Below are positions 39,207 to 47,556 of a stretch of DNA of 64,000 bases, in pieces (within the stretch, counting starts at the first letter, position 1; every line of letters starts with the position of its first letter). The notes under the pieces are model-generated. The model saw nothing but the letters and a program-made list of their open reading frames with translations, had not been told where the DNA came from and did not search any database. Origin of the DNA: a virus; IMG/VR virus record IMGVR_UViG_3300017971_000203. One strand, written 5' to 3'. Made by a program: the position numbers and the translations under genes.

Positions 39207-41640
39207 GTCGTCTCCTCGTAGTGGCGGGGCCTCCGCCCCTGCAAACTCGAAAGCTCAAGCGGGTTACGAAGTCGTCTGTGGCCGCAAAGGAAGAGCGGTG
39301 CCCCGAGTGGAACTGGATATCGAGACCGCCGCGAAAGGTGCTGCCCATGACGATTCTGTGTGTGTCGTCCCAGTAGTGGACCCGGATGACATCTTCAGGA
39401 TCCGGGGCCTCAGTGAACTCGAGAGCCGAGAAGCCCTGAGACAGCTCTCTCCAGCGGAACGTGCCCACATCACCCCCGTGCGATCCGGAAGCCGACATCG
39501 CTGCCTGCTCCGATCTGGTGTTCGTCGAGGCGTCCATCGTGCTCGAGGAAGTCTCGGTCGTGGGTGCGCACGTAGATGACATTGTTGTAGCAGAAGCCTT
39601 TGAGGAGGGACTTGTAGGAGGCGGTCCGGGGCCTCGGTCCGTTCCCGAGGGGCCAGGGGTTCGGGATCTCAGGCCAAAAGTGGCGGCGATCACCCGTAGC
39701 AGATCCGGAAGCCGACGATGTCGTGAGGACTCCCTGGGTAGAAGTTCTCGTCGTGGTAGTAGTTGGTCCGCTTGTGGAGAGTGCCGTCGCTTCTGTTCCG
39801 GTCCCACCAGGACCCGCCCCGGAGACTCCAAAAGGGCGGGGCTCACCCCCAGCAGATCCGGAAGCCCGTGAAGAAGATGCCACGTGGTCGGAGGCTCCCG
39901 TTCCGTCGTCCGAGATGGATCCGGAGAGCGTTCGTGAAGCGGGAGTAGCACTCGCCTCTTCGAACGCGGCGCCGAAAGGGCGCTTACCCTCTGCAAACCC
40001 GGAATCCGATGATGTAGAGCTTTCCTGTGATTCTCCATACCGTGCTGCATCTGCCGAGGGGTTGGAAGTCCTCTGAGAACCACGAGTTCCCTCGGCACCT
40101 GCTAAAGGGCCCCTACCCCCAGCAGATCCGGAAACCTTTGCCCCAGGAGTTGTCGGCGAAAGGTTCGGAGTCACGCTTCGCGACGCTGGCGACACCTCTG
40201 AAGAGGCTGCTGGCGAAGCCTCGCCCGGTCTTGGCGACAGGGAAGACGAAGTGTCGAAAGGGCGCTCAAGTACCTCCGTCGGATCGGACGATCCGGAATC
40301 CGAGCAGCTTGTCGGACATGGTTGTGAGCCCGGTTCCCCGGGCGTTGAGACGGAGGGAGACCGCGGAGCCGCCCCCTCGACAGATCGGGATCCAGACAAA
40401 GGGCGGCGCTCACCCCCAGCAGATCCGGAAGCCGGCGCTGGTCCAGTCCCCGAACTCACGCCCCTGTCTTCGGCGGGATGCGGAAGGCTGGAGTCGCATC
40501 CAGGACCCCGCTCGGACGACCCGAAAGGGACAGCGTCCTCCTCATCCTCGGCAGATCCGGAATCCGCGCCGCTGGTGGGCCCAGCTTCGTCGTGGGGAGA
40601 AGCACTTCCCAGACAGTCGCACGCGCGCGTAGACGGCGTCGAAACACCCTCCCCGGGGCTTGCCATACGGCTCCCGCCAGGGCTCCCCGGAAAAGGGTGA
40701 TCACCCCCAACAGATCCGGAAGCCGATATGATGGGCCCGGGTCCACATGGTGCGGGGGGTCTTTCTCCCGGGTCGCAAATTGTGGGGAGGGTACGGGTGT
40801 GCTGCATCGAGCCATGCGCCCCCTCGGAGGAAGCGGTCCCGAGGAAAGGGTCAGGAGTGTCCTCCTCGACAGATCCGGAAGCCCCAGCGGCCGGCTGCTC
40901 CTCTTCCGTATCCTCTGATGGAGAGCCGTCCGAGAGCGGGGGTAAAGAACTCGATGAGGTAGATCCCCCGCTCCCCGAGTCGAAAGGGCGATCAACCTCG
41001 GGCGATTCGAAAACCCTTACCAAATGAGGAGGAGGCGAAGGGCTCGGATGACCGCTTCGCGAGGCTGGCGACGCCCCTGTAGTAGACGCTGGCGAAGCCC
41101 CGCCCGACCTTGGCGAAGGGGCTCGGTCCTCGAGCGACCCGGTCGGCCTCTGTGGTCTCTCCCCAGGGACGAAAGGGCGGCGATTACCCCTGGGATCGGA
41201 CGATCCGGAAGCCGAGGAGCGTCCCCTTGTACTCGGGGTAGCTCCCAGGGCCTCGGTGGGCGATCCGGGCTCCGTGACCAGAGGAGAGTTCCCTGAACAA
41301 GCGTCCGCCTCGGAAGTTGGCACTTCGAAAGGGCGCCGTCTACCCCCGGCAGATCCTGAACCCTGGTCGAACGGTGTAGAAGACGTAGGTCTCGAGCTCG
41401 ATGTACCAGGACTTGAAGCCCTCGGGGTGTTGGTTCCCGAGCCACTCGCGGCGGGACAATCGGAGGGGTGGGTCGGGGTAGAAAGCGCCGCGGAGAGTGA
41501 GGGATCGCCGTGCCCAAAAGGGAGCTCAACCTCGGCAGAGCCGACGCCCTCGGGGTCCGGCTCGGGCGTCTGGGACGAGGCTGAGTCTGGAGAGGGGCAG
41601 GGGCCAGTCGAGAGAGGAAGTCGTTCGATCTCGAAATTGA
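39187..41640 (-). repeat. array of about 15 alternative C-terminal cassettes, 12 headed by CCCTTTN -1 slippery heptamers
   Basis: Heptamers at 41516-22, 41327-33, 41171-77, 40982-88, 40844-50, 40691-97, 40523-29, 40397-403, 40256-62, 40103-09, 39974-80 and 39830-36; each -1 frame ends GFR(I/V)xxG-like then stop. Confidence 0.92.
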
Positions 41641-42505
41641 CCTCCGCGGGCTCTCCGCGCTGGTGCCGTTTCTTCGACGTCACCTGCCTCATGGGAGGGT
41701 CCGGCTTCTGCTCCGCCATAGTGATGTCGGGCTTCGCGTGCTTCATGTGTTCGGCGTATTCGTCCCAGCACCACTCCCAGACGTTCCCCAGGCAGTCGTA
41801 GAGGCCCCACCTGTTCGGAGCCAGCTGCCGAACCGCATGAGTCCGACCATCTGAGTTCTGGTCAAACCAGGCGATCTCTTCCAGAGACGCCTCGCGCCAC
41901 TCGACTTCGCCACCACACCGGTCGCACACCCCAATCTCGTACCGCGCACCGTCGCTGCCCGCCCTGGCGGCGTACTCCCACTCCACCTCGGACGGGATCC
42001 GGAAGCCCGGGCCCTCCTTCCACAGGTAGCCCTGCTGGCGGTCCCCGATGTACGCGGGCGGTAAACCGCAGCGCTCCGAGAGCGCGTTGCAATACTCGAT
42101 GGCGTCGTACCAGCTCACGCACTCCACCGGGCGCTCGAGAGGATTGTCGCCCTGCTGGAAGTGGCTGGGGTTCTTCCCCATCACCGCTGCGTACTCGGAC
42201 TGCGTGACCGGCGCAGAAGCCATCCAGTACGTGTTCTCGATCGTCACCTCGATCTGATGCTCGTTCCGCCACCGACCATCTTCGTCCGGCGGACTGCCCA
42301 ACACGTCCGTACCGGCAGGGATCTCCACCAGCTCCGGGATCACAACGCCCTCCAGACGTGCGAGGTCAAGGCGCGCGAGCACGTCCCCTCCCCGGCTGCG
42401 AAGCCGCAGGAACTCCCGGAGAGCCGCCTCGTCATTGTCCACCGCCAGCTTCCCCAAGCGCTCGAGCTGCCGCACGTTGGTCGTTGATTCTCTCGTTGTC
42501 TCCAC
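39470..42505 (-). CDS. FGE-sulfatase (SUMF1/C-type lectin fold) protein with frameshift-selectable C-termini
   Basis: GTG start after CCAACGGAGGGG; PVTQSEY, NPSHF, PVECVSWYDA..YCN.LS, FRIPSEVEWEYAARAG, PNRWGLYDCLGNVWEWCWD; RGGSW..GFR ending absent until the cassettes. Confidence 0.92.
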   Translation of the reverse strand: METTRESTTNVRQLERLGKLAVDNDEAALREFLRLRSRGGDVLARLDLARLEGVVIPELVEIPAGTDVLGSPPDEDGRWRNEHQIEVTIENTYWMASAPVTQSEYAAVMGKNPSHFQQGDNPLERPVECVSWYDAIEYCNALSERCGLPPAYIGDRQQGYLWKEGPGFRIPSEVEWEYAARAGSDGARYEIGVCDRCGGEVEWREASLEEIAWFDQNSDGRTHAVRQLAPNRWGLYDCLGNVWEWCWDEYAEHMKHAKPDITMAEQKPDPPMRQVTSKKRHQRGEPAEVNFEIERLPLSTGPCPSPDSASSQTPEPDPEGVGSAEVELPFGHGDPSLSAALSTPTHPSDCPAASGSGTNTPRASSPGTSSSRPTSSTPFDQGSGSAGGRRRPFEVPTSEADACSGNSPLVTEPGSPTEALGATPSTRGRSSASGSSDPRGNRRPFVPGERPQRPTGSLEDRAPSPRSGGASPASTTGASPASRSGHPSPSPPPHLVRVFESPEVDRPFDSGSGGSTSSSSLPPLSDGSPSEDTEEEQPAAGASGSVEEDTPDPFLGTASSEGAHGSMQHTRTLPTICDPGERPPAPCGPGPIISASGSVGGDHPFPGSPGGSRMASPGEGVSTPSTRACDCLGSASPHDEAGPTSGADSGSAEDEEDAVPFGSSERGPGCDSSLPHPAEDRGVSSGTGPAPASGSAGGERRPLSGSRSVEGAAPRSPSVSTPGEPGSQPCPTSCSDSGSSDPTEVLERPFDTSSSLSPRPGEASPAASSEVSPASRSVTPNLSPTTPGAKVSGSAGGRGPLAGAEGTRGSQRTSNPSADAARYGESQESSTSSDSGFAEGKRPFGAAFEEASATPASRTLSGSISDDGTGASDHVASSSRASGSAGGEPRPFGVSGAGPGGTGTEATALSTSGPTTTTTRTSTQGVLTTSSASGSATGDRRHFWPEIPNPWPLGNGPRPRTASYKSLLKGFCYNNVIYVRTHDRDFLEHDGRLDEHQIGAGSDVGFRIARG

Positions 42506-42522
42506 CGTCCCCTCCGTTGGTC

Positions 42523-42822
42523 TCAGTTCTGAAGCCGCTGTCGCTGGCCCTTGAACCACAAGCCCGAGTCCTGCTCCTTTTGGTTGTCGTAGCTCTCCAC
42601 GTCCCAGTCGGCGTGGTAGAACGTGACCCGCACGAGGTTCTGCTCCTGGTGATCCAGGTTGAGCGGAAGGTCGCGCCACGAGATGCGGCACCCATACGGG
42701 TCCTTCGCCAGACGCTCATTGATAGCCACGATCACCGGACCCAGGTCCCGCTCCTTGTTCTTCTTCCACTGCTCACGCGCACTCACTGGCGTGATTGGCT
42801 CGACTTTCTGGTTGCTGCCCAT
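42523..42822 (-). CDS. hypothetical protein
   Basis: AAGGAG RBS. Confidence 0.65.
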   Translation of the reverse strand: MGSNQKVEPITPVSAREQWKKNKERDLGPVIVAINERLAKDPYGCRISWRDLPLNLDHQEQNLVRVTFYHADWDVESYDNQKEQDSGLWFKGQRQRLQN

Positions 42823-42837
42823 CGGTCTACGTCTCCT

Positions 42838-43062
42838 TCACCAATCCCCGTCATGTACTTCGAGGTCCTGCTTCGAAGCCTCGATCGCCCTCACAATCAC
42901 CTCCTCTCGGATCTCCAGGAGCTCTGATGCCAGCGCGTGCAAGACCAGCTCCGTGATCGCCTTGCTCCTGCTGATCCCGCCCCGATGCCGGCAGTACGAA
43001 TCCACCCGCTCCAGCATCGCCGTCAGGGTGTACAAGCACACCCGAGCTGTGTCACGCCCCAC
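42838..43062 (-). CDS. ribbon-helix-helix protein
   Basis: RVCLYTLTAMLERVDSYC..GISRSKAITELV. Confidence 0.6.
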   Translation of the reverse strand: MGRDTARVCLYTLTAMLERVDSYCRHRGGISRSKAITELVLHALASELLEIREEVIVRAIEASKQDLEVHDGDW

Positions 43063-43469
43063 GTCATACCTCCCGTCACCCTGATGTCACACCAGAGTAG
43101 GACAACAGTCACATAACTATATCGGTCGTTCCCCGGTTGTCAAGGCCTATGTGTCGGGGAGCTCGTCTTCTCGGTAGAAACGCCACGTAGGCATCCCGTC
43201 CGGGTCGAGCGCATTCATTACAAGATAGGCCAACGCCGTCGCACGGCTGACCTTCTGAACCCCATGCACCACGCAGAGATACTTCGCCAGAAGATCCAGG
43301 CGATCAAGGACCTCCGGCAGCAAGCGAAAAGAGGTCGGCTTCGTATTGCTCATCAGCAAGACTCCTGTTAGGGTGAGTGAGCTACATCGGTGTAGTACAT
43401 ACAAAAACGTACCCGATCCGAAGCGGGAAGGGAAGGGGTATCACCGAAAGAAGGGGAGCTTGTAGGAAG

Positions 43470-45368
43470 ATGGCGACACAACGGCGGAAACTGTTCCCGG
43501 CCCTGATTGTCGATCTGACCCCCATCGAACTGGCTGCGAAGGGCCTGGTTTCGACGCATACGTTCGGCCAGCAGTTCGAGTTGCAACCAACCACTCTCAC
43601 CGCATCCGCGGGCGCGAACTATTTCCCCGCGGTTCGGACCACAGCCAAGTGCAGGGACAAGCGCTACGCCTACCCCAGGGATATGCGTTGCTACCTGGCC
43701 AGCCACAAGTTCCACACGAAAGAGGGGGAGGAACCTGTGGAACTGCCCCAGGCGCTCTTCAATGACCCCTACGACCCCCCGGGAGGGTTCAAGACCCGCC
43801 TGGACTGGAACCCGAGCTCCTGGCGCGTAGGCGACCCGTTCCCGAAATTCGACTCGGGACCTGACCTGGAAGGCTGCGAAGAACTCGAGGGGGACGAGCT
43901 CCTGAAGAAGGCGGTGGAACTTCTGGACTTCGGCTACTTCCTGAAGGCCACCGGCAAGCTCCTTGGACGGTCTCCCACAGTGCTGCGCGAACTCCTGATA
44001 GACGCCGGCGAATGGCCCCGGAAAGACCTCGGAGGCCAGAAGACTCGTAAACGGGGCGTCGTCGAAGAACCAGAGCCGGAAGAGCCGGAGCCCGAAGCAG
44101 CTGCCGAAGAGCCGCAACCGGAGCCAGAGCCGGAGCCGGAAGAGCCAGAAGCCGAGGTCGTGGATGAAGACGAAGACCTCGGAGAAGACTTCAGAGACCT
44201 AGGAGAGCCCGAGTTCAGCCCCGAAGGCATCCTGACCCTCTATTTCGAGAATCACCCCTTCCAGCTGACCGATAGCAATACACACCCCTTCGTCATCAAA
44301 GATGCTTGTGATTACCTGGAGATCCAGAACGCCCGCCAGGCTGCCGATCGGCTAGACAAGGATGATGTATGTTCAACATATATCATCGACTCGCTGGGCA
44401 GACCTCAGAAAACGCTCACCTGCAACTTCCCCGGCTACCTGGATCTCGTGATGGGGGCTCGGTCTTCGGACCGTGCACGCCCCTTCCAGCGGTGGGTAAC
44501 ACACACCGTTCTGCCCACTCTTGCCAAACTGGGGACGTACACTCTGGGACAAGAACAGGCCGCTCATGGCTCGCCGCTGCCGGGGGACCTCGAGCGCCTC
44601 TTCATGCAGCAGGCAGAGATCAACGTCCAACAATCCCGGATCAACGCCCAGCACGCCGAGACCATCTCCACCCTGGAAGAGCTGGTCGGGAAAATGATGG
44701 GGGGCATCGACGACTTCGTGAAGAGTGCTTCGAAGCGCTTCGAAGAGGTCGAAGAACGAACGGACCAAGCTGAAGAGCGTATTTCCAACCTGGAAGAAAC
44801 CCTGAAGAACGCCCTGGAAGACCCGTTCCTCGGAAACGACGCTGCGAACCAGGACAGGCACATCTTGAACGCGATCGCCAAGGCCAGGGGCATGGCCATC
44901 TTCTTCGGCACCAGCGACGGTGCCCGGATCGAAAGACAACTCCGAATTTGTCCCGAGGGCTCTCCCGAACACGACAAGCTGAAGTCCGAGAAGTGGAAAA
45001 AAGCCAGACCCCACATCAAAGGTGTATACACGGCCTTCTACCGCTACCTGCTCCGCCATTCCCGGAACCCTGTCATCGACGTGTGCGCCCGCAAACGCAG
45101 AGATGTGGAGCTCGTCAAGAAAGCCAACGGCGCCAAGGCCGCCAAACGGTTCGAAGGGATCGCTCGTCTGATCGACTACATCAGAGTCGAAGAGATGCCG
45201 GAAGCGTTGACCCTCCTGGTTCGCTCCTGTCTGGAAGAAGGGTTCTATCCCGTGCTGTTCCACGAACAACCCCGCATCCGGGAACTGATACGGGATATCC
45301 GGTACAAGAAAGAAAACAAACCGCGTGGTTCCAACGGAACGCCGCCGGAACCGCCCCCGAGCCCCTGA
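43470..45368 (+). CDS. BRO-N domain (antirepressor-like) protein with coiled coil
   Basis: PFVIKDACDYLEIQNARQAADRLDKDD..DSLGRPQ..ARPFQRWVTHTVLPTLAKLGTY. Confidence 0.85.
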   Translation: MATQRRKLFPALIVDLTPIELAAKGLVSTHTFGQQFELQPTTLTASAGANYFPAVRTTAKCRDKRYAYPRDMRCYLASHKFHTKEGEEPVELPQALFNDPYDPPGGFKTRLDWNPSSWRVGDPFPKFDSGPDLEGCEELEGDELLKKAVELLDFGYFLKATGKLLGRSPTVLRELLIDAGEWPRKDLGGQKTRKRGVVEEPEPEEPEPEAAAEEPQPEPEPEPEEPEAEVVDEDEDLGEDFRDLGEPEFSPEGILTLYFENHPFQLTDSNTHPFVIKDACDYLEIQNARQAADRLDKDDVCSTYIIDSLGRPQKTLTCNFPGYLDLVMGARSSDRARPFQRWVTHTVLPTLAKLGTYTLGQEQAAHGSPLPGDLERLFMQQAEINVQQSRINAQHAETISTLEELVGKMMGGIDDFVKSASKRFEEVEERTDQAEERISNLEETLKNALEDPFLGNDAANQDRHILNAIAKARGMAIFFGTSDGARIERQLRICPEGSPEHDKLKSEKWKKARPHIKGVYTAFYRYLLRHSRNPVIDVCARKRRDVELVKKANGAKAAKRFEGIARLIDYIRVEEMPEALTLLVRSCLEEGFYPVLFHEQPRIRELIRDIRYKKENKPRGSNGTPPEPPPSP

Positions 45369-46061
45369 TCAACGGTCCTCCTTCCACAGGGTCTTGCCTG
45401 CCCCGGAACAGTACGAGTCCCAGGACAGGGCCGGTGCCTCGATCGGCTTCGGAAGGGGCGCCGTGAGCTCGGTCTTCTCCTTGTCGACCCCGTACTCTTC
45501 CAGGCAGCGTTTCTCGACTTCCTTCACGAAGTCCACCACCCAGTAGATCGACTTGCCGGTCAGATCCACGAGGAATTCGAACAGTATCCGGCATCGGGCC
45601 ACAGGGTTGGGATCGAGCTCCAGGCCCCACTCCGCCCCCAATCTGAGCCCCTTCTGCGTGATCGCCACGAAGCGCTCGTCGCAGACGAACACATCGGCGC
45701 CCCAGCAGATCTCGATCCCGAGACGGATGGACTCCATGGAAGCAAACACGAAGTGGGAGAGATCTCCCAGCTCGGTCGCCTGATAGGGGTCCAAGGTCTC
45801 TTCGCCATCTGCCTCCTGGAACACCCGCTCCAGGAAAGAGCCCTCGCAAGGCACAGAGAGATCCCCGCCCGTCCCCTCCCCCGGGAAGAACTCGCACGAA
45901 CGCATCGTGGAGGCCCACACGTTCGCCGTCTCGCCCTCCCCCATGGGCACCTGTATCAAAGGGACCTCGTTCGGGAGGTGCCCGAAAGAGATCCAGCGGA
46001 CGGGGAGCTCGAACTTGTTGCGCGCCCAGACCTTCTTCCGTCGTCGCTTTATCCGGCCCAT
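45369..46061 (-). CDS. hypothetical protein
   Basis: MGRIKRRR... Confidence 0.6.
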   Translation of the reverse strand: MGRIKRRRKKVWARNKFELPVRWISFGHLPNEVPLIQVPMGEGETANVWASTMRSCEFFPGEGTGGDLSVPCEGSFLERVFQEADGEETLDPYQATELGDLSHFVFASMESIRLGIEICWGADVFVCDERFVAITQKGLRLGAEWGLELDPNPVARCRILFEFLVDLTGKSIYWVVDFVKEVEKRCLEEYGVDKEKTELTAPLPKPIEAPALSWDSYCSGAGKTLWKEDR

Positions 46062-46350
46062 CAGTCGTCGTACTCCCCGCGCATCAGGGACTTGACCCGC
46101 GAATTCTGGGCGGCGCCTACGACCCCGTGCAAAGCACCCCAGCACAGGAAGTGGACGAACAGCGACGCAAGGAGCCCGATCACCGGGAACTCGTATTCGA
46201 CGTTGGCGTCGCTCACCAGGTCGACCAGGACCGCACCGGCCAGCCACACGAAGAAGAACACAACGACCGCGCCCGAGAGGTAGTAGAGCCCCTTCACCAG
46301 CAGCGCGATCGGCAGCACGGCCAGCCAGAACCACTGTCGTAGCTTCTTCA
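46061..46350 (-). CDS. small membrane protein
   Basis: MKKLRQWFWLAVLPIALL..., hydrophobic helices. Confidence 0.6.
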
Positions 46351-47556
46351 TGGCGCCTCCCACACTCCGAGCTCTTCCAGACGGGCTCGGCTGCAGACTT
46401 CTCCCCTGCGAGCCAGGTCCAACACCATCACACCAGGCTCGACTAGCATGCACCACCCCGGGGAAGGTTCGTAGTCGAACCAGAACTCCCGAATGCTCTC
46501 CGGCGACGCCCCGCAGAGAAGCGTCTGGAGCTCCCTGGCCGTGCAAGAAATCACATAGGCCTGATCGCCATTGATGCGATCAAGGTTCGACGACAAATAC
46601 AGGAAGCGATGCTTCAGACCGGGCGCGTCTTGTGTCCCGTCGTATGGAGGGGGTGGATCGGACGATCCGGACCCGTCGTCCCCGCGTTCGTGTGCTTGTT
46701 CCACCACTCGAGCAGCTTGTCCTGGTTCGCCAACAGCTCCCGGCGCTGCTCCTTGGTCAGGCTGGCCAGCAGCTGCCCCTCCTCGCTCTCTAGGAGCCGC
46801 ATCAGAGACTTCCTCGAGCCCTTCTTCGGTCGAACCATCGTGTCTATCACTGCGTCCAGGTCCCTCTGAGACGGCGGCTTGTACCTTCCCGTCATCCCCA
46901 TCAGCAGAGACTGGTACCACGTCTTTCCTGAAAAGAGCTCCGAAGCCTTGTTCGAGCCGCGCGTCGTACTCTTCTTTCCCGAGAACTCGTTGCATCGTCG
47001 CTTCGTACTCATCGCGTTCACGAACCCCCTGGTCGATCTCGTAAATCCGGGTTTCCTGGTTCCCGATCAAGTGCCGCAAGTGGCCCGCAAGACCATCGCT
47101 TCCGGCCTCTTCCGCAAATCGACGTGTTTCCTGGAGTTGCGACAAGACCTTCTGCTCGAGAACCTTCTGTTTTAGAAGGTTCTCCTTCAAGGCGTCTTTG
47201 CCGTAGTCTACGATACCCTTCAAGAAAGCCGTCAGGGTCACTACCTGCCCTGTGTGGGGCTTTCTGATAGACGTCGACACCGTGAGCCCGTCTACAGGGG
47301 TCCTCAAGAACCCCACGACGTCTGTTCCATCGGGGCGCAGCGACTGAGGGGCTCGCGGAAGGAGCTCCCGGTTGACCCTCTTCACGAGGTCGTTGATGAA
47401 ACGGAGCTTCTTTCGGGCTCGGTCCTGGCAGCCCATCGCATATCGACAGGCGTCGTTGAGTGTCTCTTGCAGTTCGGTGTCGGCGTCTTCGAGCTCGTAC
47501 CGAATCTCACCGGCCAGCTCGCGCAGCTCCCGGTCGTGCTTCCGTCCTGCGTTCAT
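46348..47556 (-). CDS. hypothetical coiled-coil protein with dual-coded internal segment
   Basis: GGAGG RBS; +1 frame ORF 47021..46614 overlaps it. Confidence 0.55.
   Translation of the reverse strand: MNAGRKHDRELRELAGEIRYELEDADTELQETLNDACRYAMGCQDRARKKLRFINDLVKRVNRELLPRAPQSLRPDGTDVVGFLRTPVDGLTVSTSIRKPHTGQVVTLTAFLKGIVDYGKDALKENLLKQKVLEQKVLSQLQETRRFAEEAGSDGLAGHLRHLIGNQETRIYEIDQGVRERDEYEATMQRVLGKEEYDARLEQGFGALFRKDVVPVSADGDDGKVQAAVSEGPGRSDRHDGSTEEGLEEVSDAAPRERGGAAAGQPDQGAAPGAVGEPGQAARVVEQAHERGDDGSGSSDPPPPYDGTQDAPGLKHRFLYLSSNLDRINGDQAYVISCTARELQTLLCGASPESIREFWFDYEPSPGWCMLVEPGVMVLDLARRGEVCSRARLEELGVWEAP

Noticed and set aside
39690-41530. CRISPR array (recurring GCAGATCCGGAAGCC every 120-190 bp)
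   Set aside because: Repeats are short, degenerate and encode GFRIC; spacing is too long and no cas genes are present
35947-41640. Shufflon or invertase switching by the nearby serine recombinase
   Set aside because: All cassettes are in direct orientation, the shared junction is only about 7 nt, and recombination would not explain a stop-free 0-frame with phased heptamers; not fully excluded without read data
39187-42505. Diversity-generating retroelement acting on the FGE gene
   Set aside because: No reverse transcriptase or Avd in the window and no TR/VR pair differing only at adenines; cassettes differ in length and at all bases
39470-42691. ORF-track 1073-aa protein taken at face value as a mucin-like tail with start at 42691
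   Set aside because: The real start is probably GTG 42505 (RBS present, and upstream gene 42523-42822 occupies the extension); the tail's composition is a by-product of -1 frame coding
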